Positions 1 to 10,950 of a stretch of 64,000 bases of DNA are shown piece after piece. The first letter of the stretch is position 1, and each line of letters opens with the position of its first letter. Position numbers and translations under genes: made by a program. The stretch lies in assembly GCA_963823665.1 (NCBI GenBank), contig CAWGMQ010000004.1, forward strand, positions 1,440,001 through 1,504,000, given 5' to 3'. This DNA comes from an uncultured Planctomycetota bacterium. GTDB lineage: Bacteria; Planctomycetota; Planctomycetia; Isosphaerales; Isosphaeraceae. A model generated the notes under the pieces. That model ran no database searches, was not told where the DNA came from, and was given only the letters and a program-made list of their open reading frames with translations.

Positions 1-2233
1 TGATGACTTGTTCGGGCGGCTCGCTCGCACGCGCGAGCGTCAGCCGCATCTCGCCAAGGGTCACCGAGGCATCAAGCGGCCAGCCCTGGAATCGGAAACC
101 CGCTTTCTGCACCAGTACAAACGTCTTTTCGGGGTCGATCTCGTCCAGCTCAAAGTGCCCCAAAGAATCTGTGGTCGCCGATGGACCGCGCGAGGGCAGG
201 AATACTCTGGCACCAGCAACCGGCTGGCCCTGTTTATCCCGAACGAAGCCATTCAAACGTCTTAGCGCCCGCAGCCGGATCGCCGAGACGGCTGTGCGCT
301 CGCCGTCAAGCTCCACCCACTCGGAGACAAACGGCGCATACCCGTCGTGGCGGATCGACACGCGATAGCTCAGTCCGCCAAGAAGAGCCGCCGGAGTCCG
401 GAACGCCCCTTCGGGGCCTGTGCGCATCAGCTCGCGCTCCAGTCCAATCGCTTCGGTTCGCGTTGCGCGGCGCCGGCCGCGAGGCGCGCCGACACCCGGC
501 GACCGGGTGCCCGACGCGCGAACCCAGACGCTTACCGGGACATCGACTACAGGCTCACCTGACTCGTTTCGCACCACGCCAACCAGTCGCCCGATCCGTC
601 CCAGCTTGACCACGTATTTGTCCTTGCCCGCAGGCGCGGGTACTTCGAGTGTGTGCTGCGCAATTCCCGCCCCGACTACGTTAAACGTGAGCATGTTCAT
701 GCTCCGGGGAACGCAGGTAATCGCCACCGCGCCGTTTTCGTCCGTGGTCCGTGCCAGTTCCTGGAGCCACTCGTCAGGTATCGAAGCCGCGCTCCGAGTC
801 GAGCCGATCTGAAGCAAACGTGGAACCACCCGCACGCCTTCGATCGGCCGGCCGTCATGCCCGACCACGGTCATCGTGCGGTTCACGGGATCCTCGAGTG
901 TTAGCCGCACCGGCGCAGGCGATTTCGCCGCGATCGGCACGGTCATCCAGGCCAGGGACCGCCCGGGTTTATAGGCCCAGATGGTTGCCGCCTGCGCTTG
1001 TTCTCCGGGCGCGAGATCAAGTATGCTCGACGACGCTCGACCGTGCTCATCCGACACGGAGTTGTGCATTCTCGACAACTCCCGCGTACGCCGCGGCGAA
1101 TAGGAAACCGAAACGCCGACCTGCGCTCCTGAGAGCGGCTTTCCCTGCGAGTCGATTGCTTCCACCTGAATGAAGATTGGCTCGGGACGCTTCATTGGCG
1201 TCTTGCCCACCGCTTCCCGATCCTTTGCGATCGGTGCCGATCCGCGCTGGGCCTCTTGTTTGGCACCATTTTCTTGCCCGGCCGATTCTCGCGGCACGGC
1301 CGCGTCGTCGAGCATACGAACCGGCGCGGTGCTGTTTTCACGTGCAAGCGCCGCATGCACAATCACCCCTGCGCCCACGGTGACTAACCCCGCGGCCAGA
1401 ACGGTCGTGACCGCAACAACAACTCGTCCGATCATCATGTTCTTCATCGTTCCCTCCATCAATGCGATGGCCTCGGCGGAAGCAACACCGGTGATCGACG
1501 TCTTTCCGACGACCACCCCGATCGACGCTCGTAGCGTGGCCTCTTCAAGGGCCGCTGGCAAAACGGTCGAGATCGCGTCCGGCGACGTGAATGCTGGAAT
1601 CACCGCAGGCGCCAGACCGCGGCGAGTCAAGCGTGCCTTCAATCGATCGCGTGCTGTGGCCAGACGGCTCCGCACCGTGCCCACCGGCCGACCGAGCCGC
1701 TCGGCCGCCGCTTCGTGCGTGAGACCTTCCAGGTAGCACAAGACTACGGCCGAGCGATATCGCTCGGGTAGTCGCCCGATCTCCTGGTGAATCGCCCGCG
1801 CTGCCTCGTCATCGAGTGCCGCGCCTGCCGTCGACCCAGGATTCATCATGGCATGTCTCCGCTCGTGTCGCTCTCGTCGTGCAGCACGTGATCGCTCGGT
1901 CCGGGAGACCCGCAGCGCCACGCCATACAGCCACGACGCAACCGACACCTGCCGGCGAATCGACCTGGCCCGGCCGGCGAGAACGAGGAACGTCGCCTGA
2001 AAAGCATCCTCCGCTTGATGTTCATTGCCCAGCACGCCGCGACAAACCCGGAGCACCATCGCGCCGTGCCTCTCGAGCAGCACCGAAAACGCGAGCTCAG
2101 CGCTCTCGTCTCGCTCAGAGCTCGCGGAAATGAACTGCTCGAGAAGCTCGGAGTCGCTCTTGTTTGAGAGCGTCCCCGCCCGGAATAGTGCCGTCAGATA
2201 TTCACTTGCCGAGCCCGATGATCCGCCGCTCAC
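1..2233 (-). CDS. Membrane-anchored ECF sigma factor with long C-terminal extension; runs off the left edge; indels around 1830-1980
   Basis: Manual reverse translation from GTG at 2233 (GGAGG upstream). Sigma2: LLERHGAMVLRVCRGVLGNEHQAEDAFQATFLVL. Sigma4: HQEIGRLPERYRSAVVLCYLEGLTHEAAAERLGRPVGTVRSRL. Then a TM helix (VVVAVTTVLAAGLVTVGAGV) and an extension that continues to the window edge. Confidence 0.9.
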   Translation of the reverse strand, partial: MSGGSSGSASEYLTALFRAGTLSNKSDSELLEQFISASSERDESAELAFSVLLERHGAMVLRVCRGVLGNEHQAEDAFQATFLVLAGRARSIRRQVSVASWLYGVALRVSRTERSRAARRERHERRHAMMNPGSTAGAALDDEAARAIHQEIGRLPERYRSAVVLCYLEGLTHEAAAERLGRPVGTVRSRLATARDRLKARLTRRGLAPAVIPAFTSPDAISTVLPAALEEATLRASIGVVVGKTSITGVASAEAIALMEGTMKNMMIGRVVVAVTTVLAAGLVTVGAGVIVHAALARENSTAPVRMLDDAAVPRESAGQENGAKQEAQRGSAPIAKDREAVGKTPMKRPEPIFIQVEAIDSQGKPLSGAQVGVSVSYSPRRTRELSRMHNSVSDEHGRASSSILDLAPGEQAQAATIWAYKPGRSLAWMTVPIAAKSPAPVRLTLEDPVNRTMTVVGHDGRPIEGVRVVPRLLQIGSTRSAASIPDEWLQELARTTDENGAVAITCVPRSMNMLTFNVVGAGIAQHTLEVPAPAGKDKYVVKLGRIGRLVGVVRNESGEPVVDVPVSVWVRASGTRSPGVGAPRGRRRATRTEAIGLERELMRTGPEGAFRTPAALLGGLSYRVSIRHDGYAPFVSEWVELDGERTAVSAIRLRALRRLNGFVRDKQGQPVAGARVFLPSRGPSATTDSLGHFELDEIDPEKTFVLVQKAGFRFQGWPLDASVTLGEMRLTLARASEPPEQVI

Positions 2234-2406
2234 AGCCCTGAACACCTCCACAAAGATGGTGTGCGATTGTGTTATCATCCTAGTAGTATCACGAGCAGGC
2301 AGCACCAATCGATTTTTTCCACAGAAGTTTGATTGGAAAGATAGCCTGCTGACGTAAAGCCGTGCAGACCACCGGTTGGCGAGAATTCCGTTTCGAGGTT
2401 GCGACG

Positions 2407-4554
2407 ATGAGACAAAGCAAAGCATCGCGCCCGCCACTTTGCCGGTTGGTGGCGCTCCTGGCTCTGCTTGGCGACTCGGCGTCATCTGCCATGGCCGACG
2501 AGCCTGTGCCCCTGCGCTACACAACCTCCTGGCTCGGCAATTCCTTCGGCGGCGGCCCAGATTGGGTCCAGAATTTCGCCGAGAGCCTTTGCGTGCTGCC
2601 GGACGGCACCTGCGTCGTGGGCAGCTTCTGGGATGAGGCAGGCCGTGAGGTTGGAATCTACAAGGACGGCAGGCCCGTTGCAAAGCTCGAGCACACCCAC
2701 ATGCGCGGCGGCAAGGCAATTGCCGCGGGTGCGAATTATCTCTTTTACGCACACACGTGCGTGCGCGACGACCAAGCCGAGGCCGCCGCGGGCGAGGCGC
2801 GGCGGGAGACGCCGATTTGTTTGTTCGGCATCTCCCGCTACACATCGGACGGCAAGGTCGCGCCGTTTCCGGGCGGCAAGACGCGACACAAGAACATGGT
2901 CGTGTTTCGTGAAGCCCGCGACAACCACGATTTGATCGCTCGCGGCCTCGCGACCGACGGCAAGCTTCTCTACGTGGCCGACACGCTTCAGGACCGCATT
3001 CGCGTGTTCGACGTGAACTCGATGGGGCCAGTGCGTGACTTCGCGGCAACGATGCCCGAGCGGCTGGCGCTCGACCGAGAGGGAAATTTCTGGGCCATCC
3101 AGCACGGAGGCAAGACGGTCCTCTCTTTCACGGGCGCCGGCAAGGCCCGCGAGATGAGCGTTCCTCTTCCGACGACATCGGTCGCCACGTCGCTGAGCTT
3201 CGCCCCCGACGGCCGTCTGGTCGTCACGGATAACGGTCCCAGGCAGCAGGTTCTTTTCTTTGATGTTTCCGCGCCGACAGCGAAGCTCGTCGGGACGTTT
3301 GGCGAACAGGGCGGGATGTTTGCCGAGCCCCATCGTGGCCGCGCCGGTCCGTTGCGTCTGGCGGGGCCGGCCGGGGCAGGATTCGACGCGGCAGGCAACT
3401 TCTACATCGCCTGCAACGTCCCACGTGGCGGAACGGTCTTGCGCGCCTTCTCGCCGGAAAAAACGCTCAAGTGGGAAGCGCTTGGTCTCGAGTTCCTGGA
3501 CGTAGCCGATAGTCTTGCCGGCAGTAACGGCCGCGACATCTTCACGGCCGATGACCGTTATGCGTTCGACCCCTCCGCCGCGCCAGGCCGGGGCTGGAAA
3601 TGGGTCGCCCACACACTCGACCCGTTCCGATTTCCGGACGACTTGCGGCTGCATCTGCCCGCCCTCCAGTGTGGCACCAGCCTGCGCGTTCTGGGCGGTG
3701 AGACCTTTCTCTGTCAGCGCGGCATGTGGCAGGGCGTTCTGGGCCTGTACCGTCTCGACGGCGACCTCGCGATTCCCAGCGTCGTCTTGAGCGCCGGCCC
3801 AATAAAGGCCGACAAATCCGACTGGCGGCCCGCCGGCCAGCCTGCAAGTGGACGGTGGCTCTGGCGAGACACCAACGGCGACGGTGGTTTCGACCCCGGT
3901 GAATACACTGCCACGGACGGGCCAACTGGCGAATACTGGGCGAGCAACGTCGACCTGGCCGGAAACCTGTGGCAGGCTGGCCGTGAGTCGGGTATCTGGC
4001 GGTGGAAGTTCCTCGGCCTCGATTCGCAACGGAACCCTCGATACGAACCAACGCCCGAGCATCGAGAAATGCCCGCCCCATTCACGGACTTGCTCCGCAC
4101 CGAGTACGAGCCGGCCTCCGACGTCATGTGGCTCACCGGCCAGACGCAGGATCTGCCTATTTCGGGCGAGGAATGGGGAACAGCGGGAACGGTTGTCGCG
4201 CGCTATGACAACTGGTCCAAGAATCCAAAGGCACCGCGATATCGGGTCGACCTCCCTTACAAGGCCGGCGAGCGATTCATGGTGTCGTTCTGCGTCGCGG
4301 GGGACCTGTTCTTCACCGTCGACTGCAAAAGCGCCACGGTCTACGTCTATGAAAAGCAGACTGGACGCCACGTGGGCACTCTTTCTCCCGGCCCCGAAGT
4401 ACACCGCGAAAGCGGCTGGCTCGACTTCCGCGACGCCCTCCGCGCCACGCGGCTGGAAGACGGTTCGTACCTCATCTTCGCCGAAGAAGACTGGAAGGCG
4501 AAAATCATCGTGTATCATCTGCAAGACCCGCTGAGAATCGGAGAGCGAGAATGA
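2407..4554 (+). CDS. Secreted NHL/SMP-30-like beta-propeller protein
   Basis: ORF 2362..4554. Signal peptide after ATG 2407, propeller-like motifs (LYVADTLQDRIRVFD, LVVTDNGPRQQVLFFD) and a DxNxDG Ca-binding-like loop (DTNGDGGFD). Confidence 0.7.
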   Translation: MRQSKASRPPLCRLVALLALLGDSASSAMADEPVPLRYTTSWLGNSFGGGPDWVQNFAESLCVLPDGTCVVGSFWDEAGREVGIYKDGRPVAKLEHTHMRGGKAIAAGANYLFYAHTCVRDDQAEAAAGEARRETPICLFGISRYTSDGKVAPFPGGKTRHKNMVVFREARDNHDLIARGLATDGKLLYVADTLQDRIRVFDVNSMGPVRDFAATMPERLALDREGNFWAIQHGGKTVLSFTGAGKAREMSVPLPTTSVATSLSFAPDGRLVVTDNGPRQQVLFFDVSAPTAKLVGTFGEQGGMFAEPHRGRAGPLRLAGPAGAGFDAAGNFYIACNVPRGGTVLRAFSPEKTLKWEALGLEFLDVADSLAGSNGRDIFTADDRYAFDPSAAPGRGWKWVAHTLDPFRFPDDLRLHLPALQCGTSLRVLGGETFLCQRGMWQGVLGLYRLDGDLAIPSVVLSAGPIKADKSDWRPAGQPASGRWLWRDTNGDGGFDPGEYTATDGPTGEYWASNVDLAGNLWQAGRESGIWRWKFLGLDSQRNPRYEPTPEHREMPAPFTDLLRTEYEPASDVMWLTGQTQDLPISGEEWGTAGTVVARYDNWSKNPKAPRYRVDLPYKAGERFMVSFCVAGDLFFTVDCKSATVYVYEKQTGRHVGTLSPGPEVHRESGWLDFRDALRATRLEDGSYLIFAEEDWKAKIIVYHLQDPLRIGERE

Positions 4555-4781
4555 GCACGCTCAGCCTGCGACTGCCCGAGTCTTTGCATAAGCAGTTGAA
4601 AGAAGTCGCCGAGCGTGAAGGCGTCTCGATCAATCAGCTCATCACGACCGCCGTCGCCGAGAAGATGTCGGCGCTCATGACGGCCGAATATCTTGAAGAA
4701 CGCGCCGCACGTGCAGGTCGTTCGGCATTCGATGGCGTTCTGTCCAGGGTACGCGAGCACCCAGCGAGGCAAGACGACTAG
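4551..4781 (+). CDS. Ribbon-helix-helix (HicB/CopG-like) antitoxin, no adjacent toxin
   Basis: MSTLSLRLPESLHKQLKEVAEREGVSINQLITTAVAEK is a typical RHH signature. ATGA overlap with the upstream stop. Confidence 0.8.
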   Translation: MSTLSLRLPESLHKQLKEVAEREGVSINQLITTAVAEKMSALMTAEYLEERAARAGRSAFDGVLSRVREHPARQDD

Positions 4782-4807
4782 ATCGGCAATCCGTGAGGAG
4801 ATCTCGC

Positions 4808-6052
4808 ATGCCGCAAAACTTTAGCGTTTGGCTCGCCCGATCTGTGCTTCTGGCACTCTTGATCCTCTTCGGCCCACACGCGGTCACCGCCCAACCGCCG
4901 GCGTCGTCAGCCAAACCCAAGTCCCCGCGCGCATCATGGCCCACTACATGCCGTGGTATGAGGGCAAGCCCGTGAGCCCACACTGGGGCTGGCACTGGAC
5001 GATGGGAACGTTTGATCCCGAACGCAAAGAGGCGGGCCAGCCCATGATCGCGTCTCATTATCACCCACTGATCGGGCCGTATGATTCGGGCGACCCGGAC
5101 GTCATCGAATACCACGCTCTCCTGATGAAACTGGCGGGCATCGATGGCGTTGTCTTCGACTGGTATGGAACCGTCGAGCACTTCGATTACGCGAGCATCC
5201 ACCGCCACGCATTGGCATTCGTCCGCCAGGCGGTCGAGACCCGCCTCGAGTTCGCCGTGTGCTACGAAGATCAGACGATTCCCAAACTTGTGGAGGCGGG
5301 TAAATTGAAGGCGACGCGAGCGCGTCGAGCACGCCCGCCGCGAGATCGAATGGCTCCAAAAGAACTGGTTCGGCGAGCCGGCTTACCTCAAGCTCGACAA
5401 CCACCCGGTGTTGCTCTCGTTCGGACGTGAGGGCTTGACCGACGCGGAATGGACCGATGCGCTCAAAGGGTCAGCAAATCCATTAGTGGATCTCAGTGAG
5501 CACACCCGTCGCAGTGCAGCCTCAGGTGCGTTCGATTGGCCGGTGCCCCAGGTGGGCACGAAGGCTCAAGACTCCTTTTACAAGACAGCGAGCACCTGGC
5601 CCGCGGCGATGGCCGTGGCTTTCCCTCGATTCCACGACATCTACGAGCAGGCCAAGATCCACAAGAGCTGGGGCACGATCGACGACAACGCAGGCAAGAC
5701 CTTCGCGGCAACACTCGAAACAGCTCTCAAGAGCGGCTTGCCGCTCGTCCAGATCAGCACCTGGAATGATTGGGGCGAGGGGACTGTCATCGAGCCATCC
5801 ATCGAATTTGGCTACCGCGATCTCGAAACCGTTCAGCGCCTTCGCCGCCAGTTCATTGAACGGGAATTCCCGTGTCAACCCGCCGATCTTCGCCTGCCGC
5901 TGCGGCTCTACAAACTTAGGAAGCAAGCCGGGAAACGCGGCATTCCAGGCGCTCAGCTCGATGAGGCGGCGGCGCTCCTGGCCAAGCGCGTCGCCGGAGC
6001 AGCAAGCGAGCGGCTGGATGCAATCGAAAAGATGATGCCGCCCGAACCGTGA
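4808..6052 (+). CDS. Secreted glycoside hydrolase, GH99/GH71-like; split by indels at about 4930 and 5320
   Basis: Signal peptide in ORF 4793..4975, AHYMPWY...[12 protein letters not shown]...[11 protein letters not shown] in 4828..5430, and [16 protein letters not shown] in 5408..6052. Confidence 0.8.
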
Positions 6053-6091
6053 TCGCCACGGGATCACAGCTAACCCGCGCACCGCTTCGGA

Positions 6092-6120
6092 TTGACAGAC
6101 TTCCGGTCCTCCGCTACAGT
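6092..6120 (+). promoter_or_regulatory. Sigma70-type promoter upstream of the PEP-CTERM gene
   Basis: TTGACA(6092-6097)-N17-TACAGT(6115-6120). Confidence 0.6.
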
Positions 6121-6419
6121 CCCCGCCACGGTCGGGTTTCAGGCGCTTTTGAGTTTTCCCGGCCGCGATTTTTGATCAACCTTACCGATCGTTCAACCGC
6201 AAGAGGGCAAAGGAATTCGGGTCGACTGATCGTGCTCCTTCGCTTCGGGCCACATCCAAGAATCTGCATTTCGATTACCTGCCCAACTCAACCGAGCCGA
6301 GAACCTCGTCCCGCGCTCTCACCCCGCAAGCGGCGCTTTCCGCGTGAGTCAGCGATCCTGCCGCGGAAGCTTCGTCGCGTGCCGTCCGGCCGCGAGCCGA
6401 TCACCGGCTACGCTGTCGC

Positions 6420-7274
6420 ATGGCGAGGGATATCGGAGTGAACGGTCGAGAGGACGTTCCCATGCCATGGATCTACGGCTTGAGCAAACGGATTGCCTTC
6501 GCGCTGGTCGTGACGGCCCTCGGAATCCTCTCCTCGCACGCGCGCGGCGATCTGATCCGGTCGAATCCTTCCCGTTCGTTTCCAGACATCGCCGGCGACA
6601 TTGTCGGCTCGCAGACCTACACGTACGACCCGGTTACCCAGACCGGCCTTTTCCAGGTCGTGAATGCGCCTCACTTGATCTCGCTCGGTCCGTCGCCCAA
6701 AGACATGGTTCAGATGCTGCCCGAGCATGACGGTACCCTCACGCAATCGCTTCAGATGAAGCTCGACCGGCACGGCAGGCTGATCAACAGCCCGGCCAAT
6801 ACTTTCGAGATTCGCGGCACCGTCGTGATCGGCGACCAGACTTACCGGGGTGTGTTGCTCAAAGGAACGCCGATCGCATTCGGGGCAGTGCCACCCGATG
6901 ATTCGTCGTCTGGGCGGAAGAAGGGCGAAGTGTTCGATCTGAACATGAAGATCACGGAGGGCGAGCTGAAAGAAGCGTTCGGCAGCGAGGCCTACCTGCG
7001 AATCACGCCGCAGTCCGACAGCACGTTCGACGGCCGGTTCACGATCGACTTCTCGAGCGACAAGCCGCTCACCAACCTGCGGCCGGCGCGCTCGGGAATG
7101 CCCGCTGCTGTTCCCGAGCCGTCCGCGCTCGTCACGTTCCTGACCATCGGCGCGGCCGTGTTCGTGTACCGTCTGCGCCGCCGGTCCGCCGCCCGAGCAA
7201 CCCGGCGATGCGACAGCCCTGAACCGGCATCACGCCTGCATGCGCCGCCTCGAACCACGATTGAACTCGATTAA
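6420..7274 (+). CDS. PEP-CTERM sorting domain protein (true start may be a downstream Met)
   Basis: N-terminal signal peptide. C-terminal VPEPSALVTFLTIGAAVFVYRLRRR (PEP + TM + basic cluster). Confidence 0.85.
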   Translation: MARDIGVNGREDVPMPWIYGLSKRIAFALVVTALGILSSHARGDLIRSNPSRSFPDIAGDIVGSQTYTYDPVTQTGLFQVVNAPHLISLGPSPKDMVQMLPEHDGTLTQSLQMKLDRHGRLINSPANTFEIRGTVVIGDQTYRGVLLKGTPIAFGAVPPDDSSSGRKKGEVFDLNMKITEGELKEAFGSEAYLRITPQSDSTFDGRFTIDFSSDKPLTNLRPARSGMPAAVPEPSALVTFLTIGAAVFVYRLRRRSAARATRRCDSPEPASRLHAPPRTTIELD

Positions 7275-8107
7275 TCCGCCTGCATCGACGCCGACAGCTT
7301 CCCGAGTGCTTCATTCTCGATCTGGCGCACGCGCTCGCGAGTGAGGCCGAGCGACTCGCCGATCTCTTTGAGCGTCTTCGGTGGAGCGTCATTCAAGCCG
7401 AATCGCATGCGCAAGACCGTGGCCTCGCGCTTGTCCATCTCCTCGAGCCGGTCGAGAACGAGCCGCAGGTTGTCGGCTTCGACCATCATCACGTCGGGCG
7501 CACGCGTACGCTCGTCCATGAGCATCTCGCCCAGGCTCCAGCCATTCTCCGGCTGATCAGTCTGCGGCACGAGGTTGTAGACCTTGATCGCCTTCTTGAC
7601 GATCGCCAGTTTCTTCTTGGGCAATTCGAGCGCTTGCGCAATCTCTTCAATGCTCGGCGAGCGGCCGAGCGAATCTGTCAGGTCAGCGGCCATCCTGCGC
7701 CATTTGAACAAAAGCTCGACCATATATGCGGGGATTCGAATCGGCTTGGCCGTATTCACCAGTGCCCGCTTGATTGACTGCTTGATCCAGTAGCTCGCAT
7801 AAGTGCTGAACCGCGTCCCGACCGCCGGGTCAAAACCCTGGACAGCACGCAAGAGCCCGAGGTTTCCCTCTTCGATCAAGTCCTGGAGCGAGAGCCCCTT
7901 ACCTATATAGCCGCGTGCGATGTTCACCACAAGGCGCAGGTTGGCCCGCACCATCCGGTCGCGGGCCAGCTTGTCGCCATCGGCGATCCGGTAGGCCAGC
8001 TCTTTCTCTTCGTCGGCGGTCAGCAGAGCCACTTCGTTGATTTCCCGGAGATAGGTCTCCAGGGGGCTCTGCACAATATCACGTCGGTGTCGGCGAATCC
8101 GGGCCAT
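7271..8107 (-). CDS. Sigma70-family factor (RpoD/RpoS-like, no region 1.1)
   Basis: Region 1.2 YLREINEVALLT, region 2 ANLRLVVNIA...DLIEEGNLGLLRAV...RFSTYASYWIKQSI, region 4 TLKEIGESLGLTRERVRQIE. Confidence 0.95.
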   Translation of the reverse strand: MARIRRHRRDIVQSPLETYLREINEVALLTADEEKELAYRIADGDKLARDRMVRANLRLVVNIARGYIGKGLSLQDLIEEGNLGLLRAVQGFDPAVGTRFSTYASYWIKQSIKRALVNTAKPIRIPAYMVELLFKWRRMAADLTDSLGRSPSIEEIAQALELPKKKLAIVKKAIKVYNLVPQTDQPENGWSLGEMLMDERTRAPDVMMVEADNLRLVLDRLEEMDKREATVLRMRFGLNDAPPKTLKEIGESLGLTRERVRQIENEALGKLSASMQAD

Positions 8108-8692
8108 GAAAGTCCTCGTTGAGTCGATCGAAACAGGGGTCGCTCACATAGGTTGGGCTCGACCGAAAACAACCATGCCGGACCGCCGTACCACACTCTC
8201 GGCGCTTGCAATCCAGTCGCGGCCACCCTCGCCCGCAACCGGAGACCAATCCGGACCCGGTTGTCCAACTCGGCTCTCACCCCCAAACCGTGACTTGTGA
8301 CTTCTCCTGGCAAAGTCTCGGCGTCCCAGCCGAAGCTCAGCCCTTTCGCCGCGTCCAAGTAGCCGCCACTGCGTGCGGTCCTCGACGCGAATCACCGGCT
8401 GAAAGGGCGAGTCAAGCCTGGCTCCGAAGCCACAGTACGTGCTCCAGGCCAAAACCCACTGCTCCTCTTCAACTCCCCTCGCCGCTCACGCTCTCACACA
8501 TTCCCTATCGGACCATCCCCTTTGATAACTTAAGACGTCCTGTAAATATAGGGCATATTGGGGATTTGAGAAGTTTAGGAATATCGAAGATACTGCGGGT
8601 CATGGGAAATGCGATGCTCGTGCGACCTGCGGCTGTCCTAATGGCTTGGTCGACAAAGACGTGCGCGTTTGCGCGAGGGTCTGACGATTTGC

Positions 8693-8740
8693 AAAAAACG
8701 AAGCCGCCAGCCCGAACGAGTGTTCGAGCTGCGGCTTTTT
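8693..8740 (-). terminator. Rho-independent terminator downstream of rpsA (possibly bidirectional)
   Basis: Hairpin AAGCCGC-CAGC-CCGAAC-gagt-GTTCGA-GCTG-CGGCTT, flanked by an A6 tract on the left and a T5 tract on the right. Confidence 0.8.
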
Positions 8741-8783
8741 GATTGTGGAACAGTGGCAGGCCGCGGGCACGCCCGCCGCCGGT

Positions 8784-10577
8784 TCAGGACTCCGCTTGTT
8801 CGTCGGCGGGTGTCTCGGCGGCCGTGGGCGACCCTCCCATGCTGAAGAGCGGGCCGCCGCCGCCCAAGCCGCCTTTAAGCTCTTTGGGAGGCTCTGCGGA
8901 AGGATCGGTCTGTGCTGCGCCTTCCTCGCGGTCGCCGTCGCCTTTGTTCCAGTGGGCCTTCTTCCGCGACAAGCCGATCTTTCGCTCTCCCCGGTCAACC
9001 CGAAGGATCTTGACCTCGATCTCGTCGCCGACCTTGACCACTTCCTCGGGGCTTTCGACTTTGTGATCGGCCAGCTCCGAGATGTGCAGCAATCCTTCCA
9101 GTCCGGGTTCGAGCTCAACGAAGACACCGAAGTTGGTGAGCTTGGTGACCTTTCCTTTGACCATGTCGTTCGGCTCGTAGCGGCCCGGGATGTCGGTTTC
9201 CCATGGGTCATCTCTGAGCTGTTTGAGCCCCAGTGCGATCCGTTTGCGCTCCTGGTCGACGTTCAAGACCTGGCAGGAAATCCGCTGGCCTTTCTCGAGG
9301 ATCTCGTTGGGGTGTCCAATCTTTCTGGTCCAGCTCATATCCGAGATATGCAACAGGCCGTCGATTCCCTCTTCGATCTCGATGAACGCCCCGTAGTTGG
9401 TGAGATTGCGGACCGTCCCCTCGACCATGGTGCCGGGCGGGTATTTGCCCGCGACCTGGTCCCAGGGGTTGACCTGGGTCTGCTTCATTCCCAGGGAGAT
9501 CTCCTGCTTGTCGCGGTTGATCCCCAGAACGACCACTTCGATCTTGTCGCCGATGTTGACCAGCTCGCTCGGGTGGTTGATGCGCTTGGTCCAGCTCATC
9601 TCGGAGATGTGCACCAGACCCTCGATCCCCTCCTCGAGCTTCACGAAGGCGCCATAGGTCATGACGTTCACGACCTCGCCGGTGACGCGGGTGCCCACCG
9701 GGTACTTCTTCTCGACGTTTTCCCACGGGCTTGCCGACTTCTGCTTGAGCCCCAGCGCGATCTTCTCGCGCTCCTTGTCGACGTGAAGCACCATCACGTC
9801 GACCTGATCGTCGATCTTCAGCATGTCGCTGGGATGGTTGATGCGGCCCCAGCTCATGTCGGTGATGTGGAGCAGACCGTCGATGCCGCCCAGGTCGACA
9901 AACGCGCCGAAGTCGGCGATGTTCTTGACGGTGCCTCTGCGAACTTGACCGACGGTGATCTCCTCGAGCAATTGCTTCTTCTGGTGCTCGCGCGTGATCT
10001 CGATCAGCTTGCGCCGGCTGACCACGATGTTGCGGCGGCTTTCGTCAATCTTGAGAATCATGCATTCGATCTCTTGATCGATGTAGTCGGCGATATCCGA
10101 CGGACGGCGGATATCGACCTGGCTCGCCGGCAGGAAGACGTTGACGCCGATATCGACGAGCAAGCCTCCTTTGATCTTCCGCGTGACCTTGCCTTTGACG
10201 ACGTCTCCCTCGTGATGGCGCGTGATGACTGTTTCCCAGGCGCGCATCCGATGCGCCTTCTTCCGCGACAAGACGATCTCGCCGGTTTCGTCTTCCATGC
10301 CCTCCAGCAGCACCTCGACATTTTCGCCCGCAACCGGCGGCGGCTCATCCTCCCACTCGCCCAGGGGAACCAACCCCTCGGACTTGTAGCCGACATCCAC
10401 CACGACCTGGTCGCCGACAATCTCGACGACCCTCCCCGAGACAATTCTGCCAATCTCGAAGCTTTGACCTTCGCCCAGCACTTGATCGAGGGTGTTCGAG
10501 CCGTCTTCCGCCGTGACCAGGGCGGTGAGCTCGTCTTCGTTGACATCGAATTCGCGGAGCAGATTACGATCTACCAT
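8784..10577 (-). CDS. rpsA: 30S ribosomal protein S1
   Basis: 597 aa with six S1 repeats (e.g. [42 protein letters not shown]). TATAAT on the minus strand at 10793-10798. Confidence 0.98.
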   Translation of the reverse strand: MVDRNLLREFDVNEDELTALVTAEDGSNTLDQVLGEGQSFEIGRIVSGRVVEIVGDQVVVDVGYKSEGLVPLGEWEDEPPPVAGENVEVLLEGMEDETGEIVLSRKKAHRMRAWETVITRHHEGDVVKGKVTRKIKGGLLVDIGVNVFLPASQVDIRRPSDIADYIDQEIECMILKIDESRRNIVVSRRKLIEITREHQKKQLLEEITVGQVRRGTVKNIADFGAFVDLGGIDGLLHITDMSWGRINHPSDMLKIDDQVDVMVLHVDKEREKIALGLKQKSASPWENVEKKYPVGTRVTGEVVNVMTYGAFVKLEEGIEGLVHISEMSWTKRINHPSELVNIGDKIEVVVLGINRDKQEISLGMKQTQVNPWDQVAGKYPPGTMVEGTVRNLTNYGAFIEIEEGIDGLLHISDMSWTRKIGHPNEILEKGQRISCQVLNVDQERKRIALGLKQLRDDPWETDIPGRYEPNDMVKGKVTKLTNFGVFVELEPGLEGLLHISELADHKVESPEEVVKVGDEIEVKILRVDRGERKIGLSRKKAHWNKGDGDREEGAAQTDPSAEPPKELKGGLGGGGPLFSMGGSPTAAETPADEQAES

Positions 10578-10950
10578 GTTCCCGTTTCATCTCTCTTCCG
10601 CCCCGCCAGAAGACCAGCGGCAGCGGAGCATCGACTCAATCTCCCTTTCGATTCGGAGACAACGAATGTTGAACCATCCTGGCTCCACGGTTCGCAGATA
10701 CTCCGTTCTCGGGCGATTGGTTGACGCAAACCATTGTGATGGAAAAATAAACGCCGCTCCTCAACGCAAGGAGCGCACCGATACAAGCTGCTATTATAGA
10801 GCCCGCGTTCATGAAAACAACACGCACTCGGCCTCCCGGTTCACAACACCCCCGCCGATCCCGCTATTGACCGAATTCCGGGCGCCGGATAGCCTTCCGC
10901 ATCCGCATGGCAAAACGCCGCGCGAACGGATGTAGGCCGGTGAGTCGAGA

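Noticed and set aside
2482..4524. Long antisense ORFs (2482..4524, also 8739..10724, 35679..37490, 51974..54214, 60418..61743)
   Set aside because: They are shadows of well-supported genes on the opposite strand, expected in GC-rich DNA, and carry no recognisable motifs.
6121..6420. Possible c-di-GMP riboswitch in the PEP-CTERM leader (GGGCAAA seen)
   Set aside because: The rest of the motif (GNRA-capped P2 and GACGCAAAGC-like P3) is absent.
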